DNA of 64,000 nt. Source: Octopus sinensis (Eukaryota). Below, piece by piece: positions 50,996 to 64,000 of the stretch. The notes beneath the pieces are model-generated. The model was given only the letters and a program-made list of their open reading frames with translations. It was not told the origin of the DNA and did no database searches. The stretch spans positions 8,928,001-8,992,000 of the forward strand of contig NC_043006.1 of NCBI RefSeq assembly GCF_006345805.1, in the 5' to 3' direction. Both the position numbers and the translations under genes were made by a program. The stretch's first letter is position 1. The number at the start of each line of letters is the position of its first letter.

Positions 50996-51210
50996 GTGTG
51001 TGTGTGTGTGTGTATGTATGTTTGTGCGTCTGTGTGTGTGTGTATGTATGTGTGTATGTATGTTTGTGCGTCTGTTTGTGTGTATGTATGTTTGTGCGTC
51101 TGTGTGTGTGTGTGTATGTATGTGTGTATGTATGTTTGTGCGTCTGTGTGTGTGTGTATGTATGTTTGTGCGTCTGTGTGTGTGTATGTATGTATGTTTG
51201 TGTGTCTGTG
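50996..51210. repeat. Minisatellite-like higher-order repeat within TG/TGTA tract
   Basis: Unit tatgtatgtttgtgcgtctgtgtgtgtg recurs about 5-6 times with variable spacing. Confidence 0.75.
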
Positions 51211-51537
51211 TTTGCAGGATTAAAGATGTCACAAAATACAAAACACAAGTATAGAAATTCACGAATGAAAGTTGGAGAACTACACATTTTAATTACTCTA
51301 TCTTCGACCGACTGTTCCTACTGGTAACGTACGCAAGCCCTTCCAGATTTGATGGCAACAGGGGGGAAATTGTGCAGGGAATGAATGCCAGTCATTGCAT
51401 GCACGTCACAATATGTTGTGTATGAAATGATGAGTGCAGACAGTTGGACATAATTCGTGTGGCAAGAGAGAATGGGACTGGCGCGAAGATCAGATGCAAT
51501 TCTAGTGGAAGAAAAAACAACAAAAAAACCCCAGCAG

Positions 51538-51735
51538 ATTACTCTTTTACTTGTTTCAGTCATTTGACTGCGGCCATGCTGGAGCACCGCCTTTAATCGA
51601 GCAAATCGACCCCGGGACTTATTCTTTTTTTTTTGTAAGCCCAGTACTTATTCTATCGGTCTCTTTTGCCGAACCGCTAAGTAGCGGGGACATAAACACA
51701 CCAGCATCAGTTGTCAAGCAATGCTAGGGGGACAA

Positions 51736-51803
<68 letters not shown>

Positions 51804-51963
51804 TACGACAATCTTCTTTCAGTTTCCGTCTACCAAATCCACTCACAAGGCATTGGTCGACCCGGGGATATAGCAGAAACACTTGCCCAAGATGCCACGC
51901 AGTGGGACTGAACCCGGAACCATGTGGTTGGTTAGCAAGCTACTTACCACACAGCCACTCCTG
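51538..51963 (-). mobile_element. tRNA-derived SINE family A, full length
   Basis: Highly similar to 47525-47927. Confidence 0.9.
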
Positions 51964-52724
51964 TCTGTTTCTTTTCTGTTTAATTTAACCAAGTATTTGC
52001 TATGAACGGGATTTTCTTGCTATCATTTTATAATGATCAATTGCTGTTCCAGTTTTAGTTGTTTTAGAGATTTTGTTGTTCCTTCCGTTTCTTCATAGTT
52101 GTTGGATACTATGATTACTTTTTAGTATTTGTCAGCTTCATTAAAAACTGAAAACAGTTTTGTTTTGCTTTGTTCGTGTTTTGTGGCTATTTGTATTAGT
52201 TTACCTTGCTTCTCAAGGTATTTCGATAGTTCTATGATGGTTATTTCGTAATAGTTTTCCACATTTCATACGTTGTGTATATAACCTTTCTGTCAGACTT
52301 TGGATGGCGCATCCTAAATACTGTCATTATTTTTCTTGTTTTCTTGTTTATTTTGATTAGCTTATTTAGAGTCCAGTTAAAATATTGTAGCTGTAAATTA
52401 TAATAGGGAGGGCTAGAGAATTGATACATATTACCTTGTTCCTCTGGTCGCTTTGATTATTGTTCGGAATGTGCTGATTGGAGAAATTCTTGCCAATGTA
52501 TCGATTGATTTACAGCGAATGTATATGTTGTATACAAAAATGTATGAGTGTAGCGGCGGACAATACAGTACAATAATTAGTGAAGGCATCCGTATCGTAT
52601 TGTGGCTCTCACCTTATACATGGTCAATAGAAATGGGAGTCGAACGAAATATGTTCTAGGAACGAAGGGGTGAAAAGCGCTTTATGATGTGCTTTAGTTT
52701 ATATTCTTTTCTACTTTAGACAGA

Positions 52725-52914
52725 AGACCTAAAATGTTTGGGAAGGGGGCCAGTCGATTTGATCGACCCCAGTACGCAACTGGTACTCAATTTATCGACC
52801 CAGAAAAGATGAAATGCAAAGTCGACCCCGAGAGATTTTGAACTCAGAACGTAGAGACATACGAAATGCTGCAAAGCATTTCGCCCGGCGTGCCAGCATC
52901 TCTGCCATATCACC
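52725..52914 (-). mobile_element. SINE family B
   Basis: Minus ctctacgttctgagttcaaaatctctcggggtcgactttgcatttcatcttttctgggtcgataaattgagtaccag. Confidence 0.85.
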
Positions 52915-53848
52915 TCCTATCTTTTAGTTAATATTGCATATATACTTGAATATTACCCATTGAAATCATCCGATATGGCGGAGCCCAGAACCTCTGGTGA
53001 CACGTAAGGTTCTACACGCATGCTGTACATAATAATGGTTGCTTGAATTCGATAGAGTGTTATATGATTGGGATTCAGTTATGATGACGAAAATACAAGA
53101 TTCGTGGAGCTTAATTTCAGGTTGTATCTGAGATGCCCTTTCTTCAAGTCATTGCAGATTTGTTGTGAGGTGTTGTGGTCATATGCGAATAAAGCATGTG
53201 TGTACAAATTGAGAGAAGCAGGATGAAAAAGAACAATGATCAAACCTAGAAATTTATCCAAGGTGCTGACATATTTATATGTCATTGTATTATGACCAGA
53301 TAATGTACTGCTTATTACACAGACGTTTCTATTATATATTTCCACCAGTAGCATGTATACAATCATTTCAAATGTTCCTGTCAATAAATTAATAAATTAT
53401 TTGTTTTCAACATTAGTGTAGTAAATTCCTACGGGGAAGATTAAAATTATTGGAAAGTTAGCTACCGTTTACCCACATCATAAACAACGAGTCAATAATG
53501 TCAAATTATTTTCAATATTGAATGTGATTTATTTATCAGTGGAATAAACTAATGATAATGCAGAAAATTTCAATATTTTCATAGTTATTTCAACAGGATA
53601 ACAATGTTATTTATATTTACTGAATTCTCTTCGTGATAGCCTAACGATTAATGACTTGTAAAAATATGACATATGACAATTATCACTGATGTTTTTCGAA
53701 AAAAAATTACAGAAATAGAAAAAATTAGATGCAAACAAATCAGAACTGTTGCTAAAGTAGTTGAAGCAATATAAAAAATGAAATTCAAATATAAATATAT
53801 AACTCACAGGTACTAATATATCATCTACTCGAATTTGTATACACTAAC

Positions 53849-53850
<2 letters not shown>

Positions 53851-53929
<79 letters not shown>

Positions 53930-53970
53930 ATTATATATATATATTATATATATATTATATATATATATGA
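53851..53970. repeat. (TA)n microsatellite
   Basis: Directly visible. Confidence 0.95.
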
Positions 53971-54179
53971 CCTGGTCGCTAAAACAATGAAGGCTAAAAC
54001 AATGCGAACCGCATTGTGACTAGCGATGTGTAGCAACTTCTGATAGCCTGGTCGGTCACGGAAAAAAAATATATTTATAAATATATACACACGTTTATGC
54101 ATTCGTATGTGTGTGTGTATATATTTATGTATTTATATATAATATATATGTTTATATTTACATTTATAAACGCAAATAT

Positions 54180-54360
54180 GGATACTTTTCCTCTGTCTTC
54201 CCTTCTCTGGATCTTTCCCTCTCCTATGATTCCGAAGAAGAGCTCCGCTCGAAACGGTAAACACTCCTTCGTTCCTTCTTTCGTGAGCATCCAATAATAC
54301 TATATTTGTTCCACGTCCTCGCGTTGTTGTGTTTTCTGTGCTTTCTTGTTTGGATTAACT
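54180..54360 (+). mobile_element. Short HHR-like element (family of 11844-12067)
   Basis: CCGAAGA-a-gagc-tcc-gctc-GAAA-CG-GTA at 54232-54259; body homologous to the 11.9-kb copy. Confidence 0.65.
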
Positions 54361-54463
54361 TTAAATGTATATATATACACACATGATATAAATCATATAT
54401 AAGTATATGCATGTATGCATATATGTACATACCTACATATATATGTATATATACATGCATATT

Positions 54464-54778
54464 TATGGGTACAGGGCATCAAAAAACTTGGACAGAATGA
54501 GAAACGAGAACATAAAATGACAAAAACATAGAATTTGAACATTTTTCGAACAATGAAAAAACAAACAAGAGAAACGAGACATGCTACAGAAAAAAGCATT
54601 CGCTTCGCGGAGTACATAAAACAGGGGACAACTGATGAAGGGAATGTTCTTTATGTTGCATGTCTCATTTCTCTGGTGGTGTGTTTTTTTTTCGTTGCTC
54701 AAAAAAGTTCGTTTTCTATGTTTTTTTTATTTATGTTTCCGTTTTGAATTCTGTCCACGTTTTTTTCATGTCCTGTAT

Positions 54779-54783
<5 letters not shown>
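54464..54783. mobile_element. Imperfect inverted-repeat element with CTGATGA remnant
   Basis: About 150-bp diverged arms (tatgggtacagggc.. / ..gtcctgtatccata); CTGATGA at 54632-54638 but no downstream GAAA. Confidence 0.55.
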
Positions 54784-54822
<39 letters not shown>

Positions 54823-56171
54823 AGGAGGCAATTTCGTTATAAATGCCATAAAAGGTGTATTTTCCGTCACGAAAATGTACAAAATATGTCAGCTGGAGGA
54901 GGGAGAGATTGTTAGACGTTGGCGAGAGGAAAAGACATTATTCTGCTTAGCGAAGGCATCTGGGAAATGTATAACCGCTGTCATTCACAGAAAAAACTAT
55001 GGTACATATCTAGGTAGATAGATAGCTACATAGATAGAGAAAGAGAAAATGTATATTGAAGCGAAACAATAAACTCCGCTAAACATAGACAGGGTGTGTG
55101 GAAGGAACAGTAAAAGAAAGATTTTAAATATGTTGTTCAGTATTTTGAGAAAGAGAAATTGTTGGTGAAGAGACCGTTGGGCAGAAGCAGAAGGTATCAA
55201 AGAAGATAAAACTGAGCATGAAAGAAGATGCCGGCAGTTTTGAAAAGATAGTACAAGAAGGATAAAGAGGAGAAAATCCATGTAGGTAGAAGTTGGAGAC
55301 GGCAGAGTAACGAAAGAACAAATAAAACATGAAGGGGTGACATATTTTTGAAGAATGCCGAAAATGTATGTTAAACATTGAAGACGCAAATTTTCACTTA
55401 TATATGCGTATAGGGACATTTGAAATGGAATACTATGCATAGACAAGTGAAGGCAACATAATAAATGTATAATTGCAAGATCAAGGAAGCGGTTGATTGA
55501 AATATAGTTTGAAAATCTTTCACATACGTGAAAACATGTAAATATTAAGGGTGCAACCTGACTTGTTAAAATGCTTAAATGCGGTTATAAAAAGAAAGTA
55601 GGGAAAAATAAAAATATTGAAAAACATCAATATTTTCTTTGTTGCAGAATACTGTAAAAAAATAAAAAGTCATGCTAAAAGCCCATATTTCAACTGGAGT
55701 TCATAGAGTTTAGTCATAAACTGGTTGAATGAGACATCATAACGTACATAATGTTTCTTACTATTTTACATTCGTCGTAGCAATGCTTACATACAAACAA
55801 ATATAGCTCACACACATATCAAAATATCTATATATCTCCCAATCTTTATCTCCATCTCTCCCACTCTCAATGATACATATGTATATATATATATAGGCAC
55901 GTATGTATAATATACATATATATACATTCTTCTATTCTCTTACATGTTGCAGCCTGACTGAATGTGTATACCGTTGTATGAGTATATAGGCAGTTACCTT
56001 CTGCGCATTTGCCTTTTGTTAAATGTACTTTAGTGTATGCGTATATATATATATATCATGTATGAATGTATACATGTATGTATCTATACATGTGTGTGTG
56101 TACATGTCTGTTCGAGTGTGATCGTATGTGAGAGTGTACGTGTAATTTTATAATACACGACGGAATGAAGA

Positions 56172-56234
<63 letters not shown>

Positions 56235-56589
56235 CTATATATACGTATACATATACATACATGCACATACATACACAGCCGCAGGTTTTATTGTATATGT
56301 CTTCGTCTTTAAAAATATGGTATATTGTGTACACTCTCTGATCTAGTCAACTATAGTAGGATATCTACTGTTGTGAATTCTCTAAAATCAGTTTTATTTC
56401 AGAAAACTGATTATACCTTTCACATTTTCCATTCGGATTTCTCTCCCACCTGTTCTAAATCATGTTAAAAACTAGTTTAACAGAATTCAATATTTACACA
56501 GTAGCATTTTTATAGAAAACGCATGCCATAAAATACAGGAACATATAATTTCAAACACATACAATCACATATGCACACATATACACACA

Positions 56590-56636
<47 letters not shown>

Positions 56637-58628
56637 ACACACACACGTATATATAGTCATTAATGATACATAGAATATTCATGTATAGGCTTTCATAGGC
56701 GTTTATACACACACAGCTAATGTATCTCTGAATGTAATTCATCATTGCTTCTTTACAATTTTTCTTACGATATATTTAAGTGGTACAACTAATGCTGAGG
56801 CCATGTCGCAAAATACGCTAACAAAAGAAATAATTGTCATTTATTTGAAAAAAAAAATTATGCAAACAGATAATGATATATAAATGATTAAAAACAGAAA
56901 AAATATAGAAAACCATGCATTTAGGGGAAGAAAAGGAAATGATTATTCTGAATAACAGAATTTAAGAAAAAACAGTTGAATGAGATACTGTTTAAAATTG
57001 ACGATAAACTAAGCTATTAAAATATTTCTAAGTTACGTTTGGCATTTAAGCTAATGGCAGTCTTTGTGTAACATTCAATATGGCCATATCTTAGGCTATA
57101 TTTAGCCTGCATACAACCGTTGCAGTACAATGAAAAATAAAAACGGAATTTCTAAATTTCCTGGTCAATTGGTTTATTTGTTTATTATGATATTTAAACA
57201 ATCTACTTCTAAATGGAAGCTGTGTGTCGTTCACGGAGTACCAATCGGAAGTTACTGATTGCCAATTAAGTCTAAATACCAAATAGCATGAAAAGATTTG
57301 ATTGAAGTATTGAAATCCACCATTTTCTTTTTGCTGATATGGTATTTGTCTTCATACACAACAGAGCATGTATAGATCATGTGATGCTGCTGTAATCATA
57401 TGTTTGCGCATCAATGATATGGCGATTTGAACTTTTCTATTGATATATTGTCTCATTAGGCTCTGAATATTTGAAATGTGCCCTGCAGTTAAATCCAGGA
57501 TCAACCCCATTAGAGATAGCAGCAATATATTCAATAGCACCAACAAAAACAAACCATAAATAAAACCTTCATTAAGTTGGGTTGAAAGAGCGGTTCTTTT
57601 GCATGGTTATTTGGACACATTAGTTCCACTGGAATCTGTTTTAATAAATTAGTAATACTAAATGAATAGCAATGCATTGTGATATCTGTGAATTTATAGA
57701 ATTTATTTTATATGAAGTTCAAGTTATATTAATAAAAAATAAATGCATAAAAATATATTCAGTGGAATATTTTGATTCATTTAAGTATAAACAGTTAGAT
57801 ACAGTTTCAGCTTCTAGTGCATTCCTCACGACAAGTGACAATATACAAAAATTCACAACTTTTGGAGAAAAATTAACTGATCAATATAAACATTTCTTTT
57901 GCTTTATATAAAAGGTAGGATGAATTATCGGGTTGGGTAACAGAGAATAGTTTCGAGGAAACCAGGCTCTGTAACACTGTTAAGTGATCATGTAAAATGC
58001 AACAATGTATTTGCATCTTATGGGAGAAACAGGTTCTAAAATACTTTCATATCTGCTCTAAGTAACGGTTGTTAATAATCTCAGGTCAGTTTATCAGTAA
58101 TGTATATGTGTGTGTGTGAGGATTTTTATCCCCCTTCTTCCATTACTCTTGGACATTCCTCTGTCTCCTGTTTCTCGAAACATAAAACTAACTTTCTTTC
58201 CTTCCTTGAGAAGCGTCTGTTAATAATATGCATGTGCACGTGCTCACGTTGCTTTTTTCTTCTTGTTTTCTCTTCGTTTTGATCTTCATTATATATATGT
58301 ATATAGTAGAAAATGGCACGTCATCTAATATTGGTATTATTATTATTATTAATAATAATAACAATGTTATTAATAATTTTGGTAATGTAATGTATATGTA
58401 CCCATTGATGTGGATGTATATGTATACTCCAGTATATATATATTTGATTACCTGTAACCTTATGTTTATGTATATTATTATATATATACTTATATATATA
58501 TATACTTATATATATATATATATTATATATATATATATATATATATTCTCATGTATGTATATTTTCTTTCATTTTTATAGTTGCATTTTTATAATTGTAA
58601 TTTATAATCTCTGACAGGCCTTGAGATA

Positions 58629-58706
<78 letters not shown>

Positions 58707-59259
58707 AGTAACTCATTTTAACTGCATATTAGCTCAATGCATCTGACTAATATAGGCAGAATGAGATACCTTTATCTACAGGCTGAAACAGCTGTAAGAT
58801 CCATTTTATGTGTATTATTCTTATGGTATTTTTATCTTACATATTGATGTATATTGTTTTGTTTTGTTGGATTTAGATGTTCCTATTTATGTAGTTAATA
58901 AATACTATGAATTGGTAATATCTGTAAGTCGATGATTGAAATGAATGTGTTCCTCCATTTTCTTATTTGTATTATATATGTATATATATAAGATTATTGA
59001 TCTCTTTATATTTTCATTCAAAACGCACGCTCGTTTATTACTCCAATAAATAGAACACAACCGTTGGAATAGTAGGCTTATGCAAATTAATCTATGCCAA
59101 CGTCTCTGAACGATACTCAGCTTCATCGTAAATAATCGAAACACCATCCTCACCTGATTACGAGTGCCCAGCTTTCCAAATACTTCTCGTTTTAACAGTT
59201 GAAGTGAGACTAAATACATATAACATTGGAAATGTGGGATATATGCGCGAGCCTACAGA

Positions 59260-59264
59260 TGTAC

Positions 59265-59351
<87 letters not shown>

Positions 59352-59432
59352 GTCTGTGTGTGTGTATGTATATCTATATGTATATTTATACGTGTGTGTA
59401 TGTGTTGCTGTGTGTGTGCGTGTGTGTCTATA

Positions 59433-59478
<46 letters not shown>

Positions 59479-59546
59479 TATATATATATATATATACATA
59501 CATATACATATACATATATATACATGCACACACACACACACATATA

Positions 59547-59581
<35 letters not shown>

Positions 59582-59600
59582 GATAGATAGATATCAAGAG
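59260..59600. repeat. Compound (TA)/(TG)/(CA) microsatellite
   Basis: Directly visible. Confidence 0.95.
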
Positions 59601-62600
59601 AGAGATTGTTGCAATAATATAGATAGATAGATGAATGCATGGATAGATAGAGAGATAGATATACGAATGAAAATTATGTAGGTACAGAGAAGATGAATAA
59701 CAGCATAGTATCCGGAATGTTTACTTTTGCATATATAAAACTTAACCTTCAAAATTTTATATATGCAAAAGTATATATAAAACCTTTGCATATACAAAAA
59801 AATTATATAAACTTTATCCTGAAGTATATATAAAAGTTCAGGGTAAAGTTTTATATATACTTTATCCTGAAGCTTGAATGCAGGTTTTATTATAGATACT
59901 TCTTCTAGCTCATTTATATTCTTAATAAAAATGGAAACTACAAAATAGATGGTTGAGCGTAATGTATTTTGTAGATTGGTAATATGAAAGATCATGTATA
60001 TACGTTGGTTATGTGGAGACCCTAATTAAATGAATTAATATTAAATGAAAACAAAATACATTAGTACCTTTTTTTACTTCTACTATAATCATATGAGGTG
60101 GGGGCTACGCGACGACTTCGACCATAGTGCACAATCAATACATATACTATTATAGTATCGACCTCGAATTGAGACATCAAGGTTGGAAAACAGCATAATG
60201 AAATAGTATTATTTCGAAGTGGGAGACTAGGACAAAGGTAAATCGTTTACAGAATTCTTCTACCTGAATAAAACTATACAAAACAGAAATGCAGTGAAAG
60301 CTTTACGGTATATTGACTTCGGATCTTTGACGTGGCCATTTTTGTAAAGATAATTATGTCAACAGCGAGTTTTGAGTAAGTGTAAACAATTATTAAGATT
60401 ATTTTGCATTTCAACAGCAAGTTGATGAATCACATTTGCATAAATGTAATGATTGTGATTATCATGACGGAAACTTCTAAATTTGTTTATTCAGAGATAT
60501 CCATGGCATGTCAGTGCAATGCACTTTCCTAAAAATAAGTATAAAATCTACAAATATACGAATGTCTAAGCTATTGAAGAAATGACCATCATTTTGCTCG
60601 AGTAGCTATCAAATCACAACGGTGTATCAGATAAAATAGAATTAAATACATTATGCTTATTAATTATTATATCGCCATGAGAAGAATAGCTTTGATCAGA
60701 GTTAAACTCAATGAATTGTGATCTATGAGTAAAAGAAAAAGAAGAAGAAAAAATGCAAATGAAGAATTAAATCGACATTTTCACTTGTAGGTCAGCGATT
60801 CAATAGGCAGTACATAATATTAGACCTCGTTGGTACTTAATTATTAAAGCACTATATATATATGGAATAATTAGATAAATTTTCCCAACTTTGGATAGCG
60901 GCAATCGATATCATATATAACGAAAATCTCTGTTAGGAAATACATCCAAATCATGAACGAATCGTTTTTGAGAATTTATCACGGTCACATACACAAGCAG
61001 AAAGATATATATTCTTTCATTCTTTTGCTTGTGTCAGTCATTTAACTGCGATTCTACAGGAGCCATATACACAGACATAGAGCTCCTGAGTTCATAAAGT
61101 TTACTTACGTGCACACTCGCCTATTCGAGTAACTTCACTTTTATTCAATGGGAACATAGATTATTATAGTCACAGCGCCCGGTTCAAAGTGGAAAACATG
61201 ATCGCGTAGTTGCTTGTAGATTTTTGATGAAATGTTCGTATGACATCAAAGCTTGATATTCCATGTAGACAATTTGGAAATGTATTTAGGGTTTTCAATA
61301 TGCGTGACCTTTCAGCTATATTCCCTTTACATTTGTCGTTAATATACTTTGCATTGGGCTTTTAGTATCAGTTCCATTTTTTAAATCCATACTTAATTTT
61401 ATACTTTGGTTTTGTTCCCCCATGGAAGAAATGTTACTGAAGTAGCATTATCTACATTCCAGCATACTTGTATAATGGTTACGAACAACATTAAAATATA
61501 GTTTTCTGGAAGTGAATTCTACTTCACTTGTTATCGCTTCATAATTGCAAGGTTGTTTTATGAGTTGTGCACTCGTGAGTTTCCAAGAAAAACCTATTCT
61601 TTAAACGCATGTGATTTATTGTTATACACTGATTCAATAGTAGCGCAATTGAACTTTACTCCTATTAAATTGGTTAGTGAAAAGAGTGTTTACTCTTGAA
61701 ATGTTTATACATTGAGTTTAACAGATTTGTTGACAGCATACGACTTAACGTTAAAAAAAAAGTGGAAGACGAAAATAAGGATTAAAATACAGTGGCGCTG
61801 TATTTTAATGAAATCCAATGAATTATTGTAGTAGGTGTTAACAAATATTTATTTCATGTCAGATTGTATGAACTGATTGATGCCGTTCGCAGTGCATTTT
61901 AAAACTCTCAGTATAGAACGATAATCTATATTCATTTATGTTATTCTGTTCTCTAAATTTCCTATAATGATCTCATTATCTGGGTCACACTTGAGTATAA
62001 ACTTGTAAGACATTTCCACTAATTAGGTTAGTGATGATGTTTATTTATGACCGAAATACTGAAGCCAGTATTGGGAACATTCCGTGGTTTAATGTATATC
62101 GATTCACATGTAGGTGTATCGAAAAAACATCACTATATAAGTCAATGTATCGTAAACTTATATTCATTGAGTGGGTATTGACGTGGGAATAATACAACTG
62201 GTCTTTGTCTCTGCATTTAAAACGAGTCACAAAATGCTGAGCTTAAATACGAACATGTATTGTGATTCTTGACATAACAACATATTTAACACATTAGTAG
62301 AGCAATAGAGTAATACATCCAGTTATATCCGGAGCTTGAAGGAAATTTATAAGTCATTTTCTACCGAATCAAAAGTGCTAGGCGCCAGCAGAACATACAG
62401 GCATGCATGGTATCTTCACAATTTGCCTGTGCCGAATATGCCACAATGCGTAAAATATTATGAATATATAAGTATAAATTTGTAACCTCTGAACCTGACA
62501 ACTACTGGAAAAATTAAGAACCTTATTATTAATGTGAGTTGTGTGCATTCCGCCTACGTTAAAAACAGTTCCCGTAAGAACTAAACAATTTTGTAAATCT

Positions 62601-63019
62601 AGTTTTTAGTTTACACCGTTTATTTTTTTCTTTGATGGGTTTGAATGTTTTAATATCAGGTTATTTTGTATAGTCACTTTATATATATATAGTGATAACA
62701 CTGTTATCTAGCTGAATGAATAATTATGTACGCTTATTCCAGGAATAATAAGAATCTTCCTTTGTAACGGCTCTCTACAATCCATACCCGAAAAAATATT
62801 GAACGTGACTTTATATTAAAACGTAAGCACTTCAAAATTTCGAAAACACAACTGAAAATCGTCATTCGTATACAGCAGTATAAATTTCAATAAATTTTTT
62901 TGTCTCTACATTTTGTGTTCAGTTTCACATGCGCCAATCACTCCGAATTCACTAAAAGTACAAACTCAGTCTTTCTATAATAATTTCAACTTGCTTCAGT
63001 TTTGTTTTGTTCGGTCACG

Positions 63020-63190
63020 CTACCTACGTACCTACATACCTACCTACCTACCTAAATACCTACCTACCTACCTACCTACCCACCTACCTACCTTCCTCAC
63101 TACCTACCGACCTACCTACCTATCTACGTACCTACCTACCTACCTACCTACCTACCTACCTAACTTTCGACCTACCTGCCTACATACATA
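63020..63190. repeat. (CTAC)n tetranucleotide microsatellite
   Basis: Directly visible; gives the spurious YLPT ORFs. Confidence 0.95.
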
Positions 63191-63341
63191 CATAAATTCA
63201 TACACATTTACAAACAAATACACTCATATACATATATAGATATATGTGTATTTGTGCATACGTTAATATATGAATAATGTATGTATATAGATATACATGA
63301 TTCCGTGTCTATCTATCTATATATCTCCTTCTCTCTTTATT

Positions 63342-63404
<63 letters not shown>

Positions 63405-64000
63405 ATATATATATATAAATACATATACACACACACATTAATACATATGTGTGTGTGGTTTCTGTGTGATTGTCTCTCATTCTACACTAATTTAATAGGC
63501 ATATCTATTATATAGACGTATGTGTGTGTGCGCGCGCTCTTTTCGCGCGAAAACGCCTCTGCAAATTGGTTCCATACTCGTGATGGATAAATAGTTTGAC
63601 CTCCGATACATAATAGGGTCTTCATTTTATTATTTTTATCAAAAATAACTTATATTGCTTTATATAAGATTAACTTCTTTAAAAATGTTTCTAAATGCCA
63701 ATTTTCGGTATTGTCGTAGCAACCGCGGGTAGCTAGACGCACACATGTATGTCTGACGTAGTAACTGTGGCTATCTATCCATATCTATCAGTTTACCTTC
63801 CTCTCTCTCTTAGTATCTTTGTGACTGTTCACTTTTCACGGGCAAACTTTTGCACAAACTCGTACCATATCTGAGAGACGAGTTCCTTATTTAACTTTTC
63901 ATTGTACTTCCTCTCTTTCAATCTCTTACTCTATCATTCTCTTTTCATTCTCTCTACCATTCCGTCTCGCGTTTGCCGTTATAACGATATCTGGTACCAA

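Noticed and set aside
55150-55220. RTE-like KRPLGRSRR motif
   Set aside because: Too short and surrounded by stops; cannot be distinguished from purine-rich chance.

Overview
AT-rich eukaryotic (animal) genomic DNA, saturated with microsatellites and dominated by transposon debris. The SINE families and (TA)n/(CA)n density look like Octopus/cephalopod DNA, which is recall-based inference and was not searched. No host protein-coding gene could be confidently identified; nearly all ORFs in the track are microsatellite translations (YI/HT/CV runs) or antisense noise. Recognisable coding remnants are all mobile: Penelope-like element (PLE) RT and GIY-YIG fragments, RTE, Tx1/L1-like and CR1-like LINE fragments, and mariner transposase pieces. 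There are three tRNA-derived SINE families and several MITEs. The most interesting signal is a set of about eight unrelated short non-coding elements carrying minimal type I hammerhead-ribozyme (HHR) motifs or decayed remnants of them, mostly embedded in (TA)n tracts and often in tandem or inverted form. One is a 544-bp retrozyme-like unit; another has HHR cores on both strands. PLE-associated HHRs and retrozymes are known classes, so novelty would be at the family or lineage level. No CRISPR array, rRNA or true tRNA gene was seen. Coordinates were counted by hand and edges are approximate.
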